DNA from: Armatimonadia bacterium
Lineage (GTDB): Bacteria; Armatimonadota; Zipacnadia; Zipacnadales; UBA11051
DNA length: 23,690 nucleotides
Direction of reading: 5' to 3'
Assembly (NCBI GenBank): GCA_039683575.1
Contig: JBDKRC010000157.1
Coordinates: 1 to 23,690 of the forward strand
Shown: in pieces, positions 23,637-23,690 of the stretch
Numbering within the stretch: the first letter of the stretch is position 1
Layout of the letters: the number at the start of each line of letters is the position of its first letter
The notes under the pieces: model-generated
What the model was told of the DNA's origin: nothing
Databases searched by the model: none
The model's input: only the letters and a program-made list of their open reading frames with translations
Program-made: the position numbers and the translations under genes

Positions 23637-23690
23637 CCTTGGCACATCCACTCCCTCCTCCGCCTCCTGTACGAGCGATCACCGATCGCG

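Overview
High-GC bacterial chromosomal window from a diderm (it has TolC). The gene content resembles Armatimonadota-type genomes, which is an inference. The left part holds secreted carbohydrate-active-like genes: two paralogous parallel beta-helix proteins (the first runs off the window and is missing from the ORF track), a non-catalytic FGE/SUMF1-fold protein and an SGNH hydrolase. These are followed by a DUF4910 protein, a C45 Ntn-hydrolase, a Met-rich coiled-coil membrane protein and an SPL-like radical SAM enzyme. The middle holds a MarR-regulated MacAB-TolC-type operon with a clear sigma70 promoter and operator, and an adaptor with a very long modular alpha-hairpin. The right part holds a small periplasmic protein, a CMD/AhpD protein, an unannotated 54-aa orphan Flp pilin, a malQ remnant between REP-derived repeats, and a MASE3-3xPAS HisKA_3 kinase. 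Intergenic spaces carry mosaics of REP-like hairpins (GTAG/GTAC/GGAG-tagged) and GGGGAC-ended MITE-like elements with compensatory substitutions. Gene 3' ends next to these clusters show a sharp excess of A-ending codons. No CRISPR, rRNA, tRNA, transposase or reverse transcriptase was seen.
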